This document shows positions 1-10,946 of a stretch of 64,000 bases of DNA, piece by piece. Below the pieces are notes generated by a model. That model searched no databases. It saw only the letters and a list, made by a program, of their open reading frames with translations, and had not been told where the DNA came from. A program made the position numbers and the translations under genes. Numbering within the stretch: the stretch's first letter is position 1; each line of letters starts with the position of its first letter. Source of the DNA: Gemmatimonadota bacterium. Lineage in GTDB: Bacteria; Gemmatimonadota; Gemmatimonadetes; Longimicrobiales; Gaopeijiaceae. The DNA is taken from NCBI GenBank assembly GCA_034521595.1, contig JAXHMG010000003.1:2688001-2752000 (forward strand), read 5' to 3'.

Positions 1-683
1 CGGCTCAAGAGCGTCCATTCGACACCGTAGTCGTCGGTGCGGTAGAGGAACGGAACCGGCTCGTCCGACTCCTCGCCGGCCATGGCCACATAGGCCCTCC
101 CCCCCGCATGGACGGACGGTTCCAGGGCAACCGTGCGCATCCGGGCAGCCGGAGCCGGGACGTCACGCTCGAGCCACGACCGTCCGCCGTCACGCGTGAG
201 GTATACCCGGCCGTCAGCGGACCCGACCCAGATCAAGCCCGGCTCGAGCGGGCTCTCCGCCACCGACGCGAGCACTGGTGCGCCGGACGGATCCGCCCCA
301 TCGGACGATTCCCGTCCGGCCGAGTCGTCTTCCCAGCTCGCCAACTCGGGACTGATGCCGAGCCACGACGTGCCGCCATCCGTGGAACGGTGCACCCGCC
401 GGCCCACCCGATACCACACATCCGGGTTGTGCGGCGAAGGCACGGGCATCCCGACGGCCGACACTCGGAAGTCGTCGAGGGGCCGGGCCAGCGCATCGAG
501 CGCTCCGTCCCGCTCGACCTCCAACGGCCGATACGCCAGTCCCTGAAACACTCGGTCGAGCCTCGACGTCCGTTCTTGGGCGAGCGCGGGAAGGACGCAC
601 GTGAGGAGCCCGACCGCACAGAGCCCCAGCCCGACGAGGACGGTGCGCGTGGCACGTATCGGCGTCACGTCGTGTCGTCTCAC
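1..683 (-). CDS. Exported BNR/Asp-box (VPS10/sortilin-like) beta-propeller protein; runs off the left edge of the window
   Basis: Absent from the ORF track because no stop lies in the window. My translation from GTG 683 (GTGA overlap with the upstream stop) gives a signal peptide, then Asp-boxes RSTDGGTSW, LTRDGGRSW, YRTDDYGVEW and VAESPLEPGLIWVGSADG. Confidence 0.8.
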   Translation of the reverse strand, partial: MRRHDVTPIRATRTVLVGLGLCAVGLLTCVLPALAQERTSRLDRVFQGLAYRPLEVERDGALDALARPLDDFRVSAVGMPVPSPHNPDVWYRVGRRVHRSTDGGTSWLGISPELASWEDDSAGRESSDGADPSGAPVLASVAESPLEPGLIWVGSADGRVYLTRDGGRSWLERDVPAPAARMRTVALEPSVHAGGRAYVAMAGEESDEPVPFLYRTDDYGVEWTLLS

Positions 684-1420
684 CGGCCCCCTCCCGCACC
701 GCAGGGTTCCCCCTCGGTGCGCCCGAGCGCGGGAGTCAGCCAATCGGCAAACACCTCGCACGCCTCGGTCAACGCGTCCTCGTCACTCCGCCCCGAGCTC
801 TTGAGGACGTGGAATCCATGATCCGCTCCTTCCACCACGTGGAGCTCCGCGTCCGGCGCCGCATCGGCGAGGAGGGGGCGCAGGAGGTCCAGGTTCGCCA
901 ACCGGTCCCGCGTGCCCTGGAGGAACAGCATGGGAACATCGATGTCGGCGAGGTGCCGTCCACGCTCCGCGGACGTGCGTCCGGCCGGGTGCAGCGGAAA
1001 GCCGAAGAACGCCAAGCCCCGGATGCCCGGCAGCGGAGTCTGGGCCTGGGCCAACGAGGTCATGCGACCTCCCATCGATTTTCCTCCCGCGATCAGCGGA
1101 ACGCCGGGGCAGAGGCGAGTGGCCTCTTCCACCGCGCCCCGCACGGTCGCCAGCAGCACGGAACGGGGATCCGGCGCCTTGCGTCCCGCCGCCATATACG
1201 GAAACGCGTACCGCAGCGTGGAGACCCCGAGCTTCCCGAGGTGCTTCGCGGTCGCCTCCATGAAAGGATGCCGTATGCCCGCACCCGCCCCGTGACCGAA
1301 CACGAAGAGGGCCCGGGGCGCATCCGGCCGCGTCAAAAGGCCGGGCACGGGTCCACGCCCGTGCTCGCAGGGGCAAGCTACTTCCGTGACCTCGAGCTCT
1401 CCCTCCACGGCTTCCGTCAC
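680..1420 (-). CDS. Alpha/beta hydrolase (KANL3/Tex30-like, dienelactone hydrolase superfamily)
   Basis: Motifs FGHGAGAG, nucleophile elbow GGKSMGGR, GFPLHP, QGTRD, ADHGF. Start placed at GTG 1420, just after the upstream stop. Confidence 0.85.
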   Translation of the reverse strand: MTEAVEGELEVTEVACPCEHGRGPVPGLLTRPDAPRALFVFGHGAGAGIRHPFMEATAKHLGKLGVSTLRYAFPYMAAGRKAPDPRSVLLATVRGAVEEATRLCPGVPLIAGGKSMGGRMTSLAQAQTPLPGIRGLAFFGFPLHPAGRTSAERGRHLADIDVPMLFLQGTRDRLANLDLLRPLLADAAPDAELHVVEGADHGFHVLKSSGRSDEDALTEACEVFADWLTPALGRTEGEPCGAGGGR

Positions 1421-1424
1421 CGCG

Positions 1425-2087
1425 CTACCCCCCGAGCCCCACCCGGAGACCCAGGCTGAGAATCGGCCAGATTTCCATATACCGCGGTAAGTCCTCCTCG
1501 AAGCTCCGAGCTTCGGCGTCGAGCCTCTCCCGAAACTCCGGATCGTCCACCAGCGTTCCCTCCTCGGCGTCGAGGGATACACGGGTGTCATTCATGAACG
1601 CGACCCCGAGATCGAGCGACAGTCCGATTCCGCTCGACGTGTGCTTGCCGAAGCCCACCAGGATGTACGGTGCCCGGTTCTCGGATTCGAGCACGCCGGT
1701 CAGCGTGCCGATCTCCTCGGGCGTGAACGTCCGCCCTCCGAGGTCCTGCGGCGCGGCCGGAGTCGCGCGGAGCGTGACGTCGTCGGACTTGAAGAGGAAT
1801 CCGCCCCCGAGCCGCATCACCTCGTTCAGATAGAGATCGAGCCCGATGTTCGACCACCGCTCCGGGAGCTCGAGCGTCAGGTCGATGCCGTCCAACGTGC
1901 CGTCGATCTCGAACGGCAGCAGCCCGATCCCGCCGCGCACGACCAACCGGTTCCCCAAGGGAATAGCCGCCTCCGCGCCCAAGCCCAGAGTTCCTCCGCG
2001 TGCCGCGACGCCAAGCGCTTGTGCCGTGGCAGCCTGAGGGAACGAGCCCGCGATCACGAGGGCGAGGGCCAGCAGTCCGGTTCTCAT
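1425..2087 (-). CDS. Exported, probable outer-membrane beta-barrel protein
   Basis: Signal peptide MRTGLLALALVIAG..AQA, GGTLGLGAE, APYILVGFG, amphipathic C-terminal strand WPILSLGLRVGL. Confidence 0.65.
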   Translation of the reverse strand: MRTGLLALALVIAGSFPQAATAQALGVAARGGTLGLGAEAAIPLGNRLVVRGGIGLLPFEIDGTLDGIDLTLELPERWSNIGLDLYLNEVMRLGGGFLFKSDDVTLRATPAAPQDLGGRTFTPEEIGTLTGVLESENRAPYILVGFGKHTSSGIGLSLDLGVAFMNDTRVSLDAEEGTLVDDPEFRERLDAEARSFEEDLPRYMEIWPILSLGLRVGLGG

Positions 2088-2094
2088 CTCGATA

Positions 2095-2913
2095 TCAGCT
2101 CGTCTGATGGAGGTGCACGTCTCGCTGAGGATAGGGGATCGAGCAGCCCGCGGCCTCGAGGTTCTCCTTGAGCGCACGGATCAGATCCCATCGGGTCGGC
2201 CAGTAGTCGGACGCTCGGACCCAGGGCCGCACGACGAGGTTCACGGACGAATCGCCCAACTCATGTACCGCCACCACGGCTTCAGGGTCCTCGAGCACCC
2301 GTGAATCCGAAGCGAGAACATCCTGGCAGGTACGCACGGCCACCCCGAGGTCATCGTCGTATCCGACACCGATCACCAGGTCGATCCGGCGCGTGTCGTT
2401 GGCCGAGTAGTTGCGGATGGTCTGGCCGAACACCTGCGCGTTGGGGATCCGGATCTCGACGTTGTCCGGCGTCGCGAGCACGCAGGAGAAGATGCCCACC
2501 GCACGGACGGTGCCGGCCTGTCCCCCGATCTCCACGTAGTTCTCGATCTCGAACGGTCGGAAAGAGAGGAGCATCACGCCGGCCGCGAAGTTCGAGAAGG
2601 TGTCCTGAAACGCCAACGCGATCGCGAGACCCGCGGCACCGAGCACCGCGATGAACGAGCCGGTCGCGACTCCGAGCGTACTCACGGCAGCGACCACCAC
2701 CAACGCCACCACGCCGACATAGACGATCCCGGCGACGAAAGGAGCCAGCATCGGATCGACGCTGCTGCGGGCTAGCGCGCCCTGGGACAGCCTCCTCGCC
2801 CATCGAGCCGCGACGAGACCGATTCCGAGCACGGCCAGAGCCCCGAGAACCTTGGGCATCCACTGCGCGATGACGGTCGACACGCTCGTCATGAGTACGT
2901 CGGGATCGATCAT
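2095..2913 (-). CDS. mscS: Small-conductance mechanosensitive channel (MscS family)
   Basis: LGAAGLAIALAFQDTFSNFAAG, RPFEI, IPNAQV, RRIDLVIGVGYDDD, LGDSSVN, IPYPQRDVH. Confidence 0.9.
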   Translation of the reverse strand: MIDPDVLMTSVSTVIAQWMPKVLGALAVLGIGLVAARWARRLSQGALARSSVDPMLAPFVAGIVYVGVVALVVVAAVSTLGVATGSFIAVLGAAGLAIALAFQDTFSNFAAGVMLLSFRPFEIENYVEIGGQAGTVRAVGIFSCVLATPDNVEIRIPNAQVFGQTIRNYSANDTRRIDLVIGVGYDDDLGVAVRTCQDVLASDSRVLEDPEAVVAVHELGDSSVNLVVRPWVRASDYWPTRWDLIRALKENLEAAGCSIPYPQRDVHLHQTS

Positions 2914-3075
2914 GAGACCCCCAGCTCCGAGTGAAGAACACGGCAAGAATCCGGTGGAAGGTGCGCCCGCCCTTCGTGGGGCGCCAGGTAGCGTTTCTTC
3001 GAGCGGAGGAATGTACGTCCACTCGGCTTGCCGTCCGCGGCACCCACCGCGAACATCCGTTCACATGCTCACCGC

Positions 3076-3738
3076 ATGCCCCACTTCCGAGCCTTTTCCG
3101 ACGCGAACGAGCGCGTGACCTACTTCGCCGCAGCCCTCGCCAGCCCCATTCTCGGCGTGCTCCTCTACCGCTCGCTCCATGGGAGGGACCGTGCGGTCCG
3201 TCTGGTCGATGGGTTCGTGTACGTGGCGGTGCCCGTGCTCGTCGCCATCCAAGTCCTCCCCGAGGCCATCGAGGATCGCGCGCCATGGCTGCTCCTCGTG
3301 GTCGCGGCGGGCGCCCTCGTGCCCACGGCTTTCGAGCGCGCTTCGCGATCCCTCGCGGATTATACCGACAACCTCACCATCCTCGTGAGTTTGTCGGGCC
3401 TGATCGTACACGCGGGATTGGAAGGAGCCCTCCTCGCACCCGGCGTGTCCCCGATCGATCCCGCGTTCGGATGGGCGGTCGTGTTGCACCGCATTCCCCT
3501 GGGACTCGTGATCTGGTGGCTGGTTCGGCCGCGACACGGAACCGCCCTGGCCGCCGCGGCCGTGGGCTCCCTGGTCCTTGCAACGCTGGTGGGCGCATTC
3601 GTGGGTGGCGAGCTTTCGGGACACAGTCACGGCAGCGGGTTCGAGTACCTCGAGGCATTCGTCGCGGGCACGCTCCTCCATGTGGTTTTCCATCAAGGAC
3701 GCCACGACCACACCCACGGACACGACCATGTCCACTGA
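3076..3738 (+). CDS. Multi-TM membrane protein, ZIP-like metal permease with His-rich C-terminus
   Basis: About 7-8 hydrophobic segments; HAGLEG, VLHRIPLG, AFVAGTLLHVVF; tail HQGRHDHTHGHDHVH. Start may instead be GTG 3115. Confidence 0.6.
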   Translation: MPHFRAFSDANERVTYFAAALASPILGVLLYRSLHGRDRAVRLVDGFVYVAVPVLVAIQVLPEAIEDRAPWLLLVVAAGALVPTAFERASRSLADYTDNLTILVSLSGLIVHAGLEGALLAPGVSPIDPAFGWAVVLHRIPLGLVIWWLVRPRHGTALAAAAVGSLVLATLVGAFVGGELSGHSHGSGFEYLEAFVAGTLLHVVFHQGRHDHTHGHDHVH

Positions 3739-3807
3739 CATCACCTCTCGGCGCAAGACATGTCACTCGCGAAATCATCCCCCCGATCTCGGAGCGGAGG
3801 TTGACCC

Positions 3808-4353
3808 ATGCACGCATTGATACGCCACGTCCTGCTCGCCACCCTCCTCTTCGTGGCGCCGGCAACCACTTCGGGGCAGGATTCCGCCGAAGCCGGACCG
3901 ACGATCGACTCCGGCGGTGCGGTCTTCCCTGTCAGCCCGACTCTGGAAACCCCGACCGAGCTGGACTACCGTGTCGCGTTCGATGTCGCTGACGGCTCGG
4001 GACCGGAGCAGGTCAGCGTTTCGCTCAACACGGTCGCACGCTTCCTCAACATGCACGCCCGGGCCGGCGTCCCGGCCGAGGGGATCGACGCCGCGATCGT
4101 GATCCACGGCACCGCGGTGATGGACGTCCTGAACGCCTCCGCCTACCACCGGCGGGAGGGCACACGGAACCCGAACGCGCCCCTGATCCGGGAGCTGCTC
4201 GACGCGGGCACGCGCATCATCGTCTGTGGCCAGAGCGCCGCCTCACGCGGCGTCGATTCGACCGAGTTCATCGAGGGTGTCGACGTGGCGTTATCGGCCA
4301 TGACCGCCTTCGTGATTCTCCAGTCCGAAGGATACCGGGTGAACCCCTGGTAA
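3808..4353 (+). CDS. Exported DsrE/DsrF-like family protein
   Basis: Signal peptide; RVAFDV, ARFLNMH, IVIHG, NPNAPLIRELLDAG, IVCGQS with a single conserved Cys. Confidence 0.8.
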   Translation: MHALIRHVLLATLLFVAPATTSGQDSAEAGPTIDSGGAVFPVSPTLETPTELDYRVAFDVADGSGPEQVSVSLNTVARFLNMHARAGVPAEGIDAAIVIHGTAVMDVLNASAYHRREGTRNPNAPLIRELLDAGTRIIVCGQSAASRGVDSTEFIEGVDVALSAMTAFVILQSEGYRVNPW

Positions 4354-4465
4354 GAGGCAGGCCCTTGCCATAACTGCACTTACACTCTAACCTTGGTATC
4401 CCCGCCGAAAGAACGCTCGGCAACCCTGCCGGGACGTTTCCCAGTTGTATCGTGGAGTTGCTCGC

Positions 4466-7400
4466 ATGCGTTATCAAAGCAGGCGGGGCGCGTCTGTGCG
4501 TCCATATGATAGGCCCGCGCCAGGGTCCACTCGGAGTCAATACCTTCCCGCTCGGCAGGGTCTGTACGACCCCAGCAACGAACACGACGCATGCGGCATC
4601 GGCTTCGTGGCCAACCTGCACGGCTCGAAGAGCCACGACATCGTCGACCAGGCCCTCCAGATTCTCATCAACCTCGACCACCGGGGCGCGGTCGGTGCTG
4701 ACCCGACCATGGGCGACGGAGCGGGCATCCTCGTGCAGATGCCGCACGCGCTCCTCTCCGAAGTCGCGCCCGAGGCAGGCATCGACCTTCCCGAGCTCGG
4801 CGAGTACGGCGCGGCGAATGTCTTCCTTCCCAACGACCCGGATCTCCGACAGCGTTGTGAAGGGATCCTCGAGAAGTTCGTGGCGGCCGAGGGACAGCAG
4901 GTCCTCGGATGGCGGGACATGCCCGTCGACCGGAGTGTGCTGAGCGACACGGTGCGTGCCACGGAGCCCGTCATTCGACAGCTCTTCGTCGGTCGCGGGC
5001 CGGATTTCGAGGGCGATCAGGACGCGTTCGACCGCAAGCTCTTCGTCATTCGCCGGCAGGCCGAGCTCGAAGTCGCGGCCCTCGGTGACGAGCGAGCGGC
5101 GGACTTCTACGTCTGCTCGCTCTCCACGCGGGTGCTCGGGTACAAGGGCATGATCCTCGGGGAATACGTCGGCCCTTATTACGACGACCTCTCCGACCCA
5201 CGCCTGGTCACGTCTCTCGCGCTCGTGCACCAGCGATTCTCGACGAACACCTTCCCGAGCTGGAGCCTCGCGCAGCCCTTCCGGATGATCTGCCACAACG
5301 GCGAGATCAACACGCTCCGCGGGAACCTCAACTGGATGAACGCTCGGCGGGCCGCGATGCAGTCTTCGGTGCTCGGCGACGACCTCGAGAAGCTGTGGCC
5401 GCTGATCCCCGAAGGTCAGTCCGACTCGGCCGGGCTCGACAACGCGCTCGAGCTCTTGGTGCGCGGCGGCTACTCCCTCGCTCACGCGATGATGATGCTG
5501 ATCCCGGAGGCGTGGGAAGGAAACCGCCTCATGGATCCGAAGCGGCGGGCGTTCTACGAGTACCACGCAGCCCTGATGGAGCCGTGGGACGGCCCGGCCT
5601 CGATCGCCTTCACCGACGGCCGTCAGGTCGGCGCGACCCTCGACCGTAACGGGCTCCGCCCCTCTCGCTACGTCGTGACGGACGACGGCCTCGTGATTCT
5701 CGCCTCGGAGGCGGGTGTGCTCCCGATCCCCGAAGAGAAGATCGTCAAGAAGTGGCGGCTTCAGCCGGGCCGGATGCTCCTGATCGACACCGAAGAGGGC
5801 CGCATCATCGACGACGAGGAGATCAAGGCGGAGCTGGCGTCCACGCATCCGTATCAGGAGATCCTCGACCGCACGCAGGTCCTCGTCGAGGACCTGCCCG
5901 AGTGCGCGCCGGAGCACCCCAACGTCTCCGAATCGCTGCTCGACCGTCAGCAGGCCTTCGGATACACCCAGGAGTCCCTCAGGCTGCTGCTCGCTCCCAT
6001 GGCGTCCGAAGGGAAGGAAGCCACGGGGTCGATGGGCGACGACACGCCGATCGCGGCGATGTCGGACCGTCCCAAGCTCCTCTACTCCTACTTCCGGCAG
6101 CGCTTCGCGCAGGTGACCAACCCCGCGATCGACCCGATCCGGGAATCATTGGTGATGAGCCTGGTCTCGATGATCGGGCCGCGTCCGAATCTTCTCGAGT
6201 TGGACGACAAGGAATCGCACATGCGGTTGGAGGCCCGCAAGCCGATCCTGACGAACCACGACCTCGATAAGATCCGCTGCATATCCAAGTTCCATAAGGG
6301 GCGGTTCCAAGCGGTGACGCTGGACACCACCTATCCCGTCGAGGACGGTCCGGACGGCCTGTCGGACGCACTCGAGGCGCTGTGCCGGCAGGCCGAAGAA
6401 GCCGTGTTGGACGGAGACAACATCATCGTGCTGTCGGACCGGCGGCTCTCGGCCGAAAGGATCGCGATCCCCGCGCTCCTCGCCACGGGCGCCGTACACC
6501 ATCACCTGATCCGCCGTGGACTGCGCACCCAGGTAGGCCTGGTCGTCGAGACCGGGGATGCTCACGAGGTTCACCACCTCGCCGTCCTCGGCGGGTACGG
6601 CGCCGAAGGCATCAACCCCTACATGGCGTTCGAGACGCTCACCGACATGGTCGACCGCGGCGACCTTCCCGAAGGGATGTCGGTCGAAACGGCCCACGAG
6701 AACTACGTCAAAGCAGCCGGAAAGGGCCTTCTCAAGGTGATGTCCAAGATGGGCATCTCCACCTTCCAGTCGTACTGCGGCGCCCAGATCTTCGACGCGC
6801 TCGGGCTCCAGCGCTCGTTCGTCGACAAGTACTTCTTCGGGACGCCCACGGCCATCGAAGGTATCGGCCTGGCGGAAGTCGCCCAGGAGACGTTCCGGCG
6901 TCACCAAGAAGCATTCGGCACCGCTCCGGTGTTCGAGCACGCCCTCGACCCTGGTGGCGATTATCAATTCCGCCTGCGCGGGGAGCGCCACTACTGGACG
7001 CCCGACTCGGTGGCTTCGCTACAGCACGCCGTGCGTGGAAACGCGGTCGACCGTTATCGCGAGTACGCCCGACACGTCAACGACCAGAGCGAGCGGCTCA
7101 TGACGCCGCGGGGGCTCTTCGACCTGAAGCCCTCGAACGCTCCGGTGCCACTCGACGAGGTCGAGCCGGCCGAGGAGATCGTAAAGCGGTTCGCCACCGG
7201 CGCCATGTCCTTCGGAGCCCTGTCTCGGGAGGCACACACGAATCTGGCGATCGCCATGAACCGCATGGGCGCGAAGTCCAATAGCGGAGAAGGAGGTGAG
7301 GAACCGGACCGGTTCAAGGCACGCCCCAACGGCGACCATCTCAACTCCGCGATCAAGCAGGTGGCGTCGGGCCGCTTCGGGGTCACGACCGAGTACCTGA

Positions 7401-9200
7401 TGAGCGCGGACGTCATGCAGATCAAGATCGCGCAGGGGGCGAAGCCCGGTGAGGGGGGTCAGCTCCCGGGGTTCAAGGTCGACGGGAGCATCGCCAAGGT
7501 GCGTCACTCGACACCCGGAGTGGGGCTCATCTCCCCGCCGCCCCACCACGACATCTATTCGATCGAGGACTTGGCCCAGCTCATCTACGATCTCAAGAAC
7601 GTGAACCCCGGCGCGCTGGTGAGCGTGAAGCTCGTTTCCGAGATCGGGGTGGGTACCGTCGCGGCCGGCGTCTCCAAGGCGCACTCGGACCGGGTCACCA
7701 TCGCGGGCCACGACGGCGGAACGGGCGCGAGCCCGCGCACGTCCATTCACCACGCGGGGTCTCCCTGGGAGATCGGCCTGGCGGAGACCCAGCAGACGCT
7801 CGTGCTCAACCGGCTGCGCGGCCGGATCACGGTACAGGTCGACGGCGGGTTGCGCACGGGCCGCGATGTCGTCATCGGGGCCCTCCTGGGTGCCGACGAG
7901 TTCGGCTTCTCGACCGCGCCGCTCATCGCCTCCGGCTGCATCATGATGCGCAAGTGTCATCTCAACACCTGTCCGGTCGGCGTCGCCACGCAGGACCCCG
8001 AGCTCCGGAAGCGCTTCACCGGGCTACCGGAGCACGTCATCAACTACTTCTTCTTCCTGGCTGAAGAGGTGCGGGAGCTGATGGCGGAGCTCGGATTCCG
8101 GACCTTCGAGGAGATGATCGGCCGCTTCGACCGCCTCGATATGCGACGGGGGATCGAGCACTACAAGGCACACGGCCTCGACCTGACCCCGCTTCTCACC
8201 AAGCCCGAGGTCGGGCCGGAGATAGCGATCAGCAACACCGAACAGCAGGAGCACGATCTCGACACCGTGCTCGACCGTACGCTGATCGAGCAGGCCATGC
8301 CGGCCCTGGAGCACGGTACGCCCGTACGACTGGAGCACGCGATCCGGAATACCGATCGCACCACCGGCGCCATGCTTTCGGGCGAGGTCGCACGTCGCTA
8401 CGGACACGCCGGACTGCCCGACGAGACCATCCACGTGAAGCTCACCGGAAACGCCGGCCAGAGCTTCGGAGCGTGGCTGGCGCACGGCATCACGCTCGAG
8501 CTCTCGGGAGACGCGAACGACTACGTGGGCAAGGGCCTCTCCGGCGGGCGGATCATGGTGTACCCACAGGAGCGCGCCGCCATCACGCCGGAACGGAGCA
8601 TGATCGTGGGCAACGTGGTGCTCTATGGAGCCATCACGGGTGAAGCTTATTTCCGAGGGGTAGCCGCGGAGCGTTTCGCGGTGCGGAACTCGGGGGCGTG
8701 GGCCGTGGTCGAGGGCGTGGGAGACCACGGGTGTGAGTACATGACCGGAGGTGTCGTCGTGGTGCTCGGACCGACCGGGCGAAACTTCGCCGCCGGGATG
8801 TCCGGAGGGATCGCGTACGTCCTCGACGATGAGCGCGACTTCAGCCTGAAGGTGAACCCCGAGATGGTGGAGTTGGAGCACGTCGTGGACGAACGGACGC
8901 CGGAAGAGCGCGCGGCCGACGCCCAGCCGGACGCGAAGCTCTCCGAGGTCGCCCGGGACATGCGTGCACAGGACGCTTCACGCCTCCACCGGCTCCTCGT
9001 CCGGCACGCGCACCATACGGGGAGCGAGCGTGCGAGAGAGATCCTCGAGAAGTGGGACGAATACCTTCCCAGCTTCGTCAAGGTGATGCCCACGGACTTC
9101 CGGAGGGCCCTGACCAAGCTCGCGAAAGACGCGGGAACCCCCGGCGAGCCCCGGACACGACCCGCATACCAGCCGAAGCCCGCCGTGGGGAGCTACCAAG

Positions 9201-9208
<8 letters not shown>
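4466..9208 (+). CDS. gltB: Glutamate synthase large subunit
   Basis: EHDACGIGF Ntn cleavage site, [18 protein letters not shown]-domain [11 protein letters not shown] and [37 protein letters not shown] domain. Start could be 4445, 4466 or 4496. Confidence 0.98.
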
Positions 9209-10619
<1,411 letters not shown>

Positions 10620-10707
10620 GCCACTACACGATAGGCCACTGTCGGGGGCACGTCAGGGCGTTGGCCCGACGAGCCGAGCACCGGTCGACACTTCCGAGTT
10701 GCGTCGA

Positions 10708-10857
10708 AGGGCCCGAACCCGAACACTACTTCCCATGTGAGCGGAACGGCGAGCCCGTGAGGGTCCTGCTCCCCCGTGCACGCGGCATCACGCTGCGAGC
10801 GGGCGCGAGGGAGCGGACCCAACACGGGGCTGTTCGGTAGTTGTTGGGAGGCGCCCT
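10708..10857 (+). ncRNA. Candidate structured RNA: ~150-nt long imperfect hairpin in the gltD / choice-of-anchor-B intergenic region
   Basis: Nested pairings read by eye: AGGGC/GCCCT, CCC-AACA-CTAC/GTAG-TGTT-GGG, GAACGGC/GCTGTTC, CCCGTG/CACGGG, GGGTCC/GGACCC, GCTCCC/GGGAGC, apical CGCGGC/GCTGCG. G.U pairs favour the + strand. Family not identified. Confidence 0.4.
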
Positions 10858-10946
10858 GTACATGATGGAGGGGGCGCCCCGGGATGTCGTGACCCGCGGC
10901 GGTGCGCGCCGCGGGATCTTGGTCGATCAATACGAGAGGTACTCGG

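Noticed and set aside
4268-8881. Long minus-strand ORFs opposite gltB (e.g. 4268..5917, 7019..7960)
   Set aside because: Antisense shadows of a high-GC gene; no recognisable motifs.
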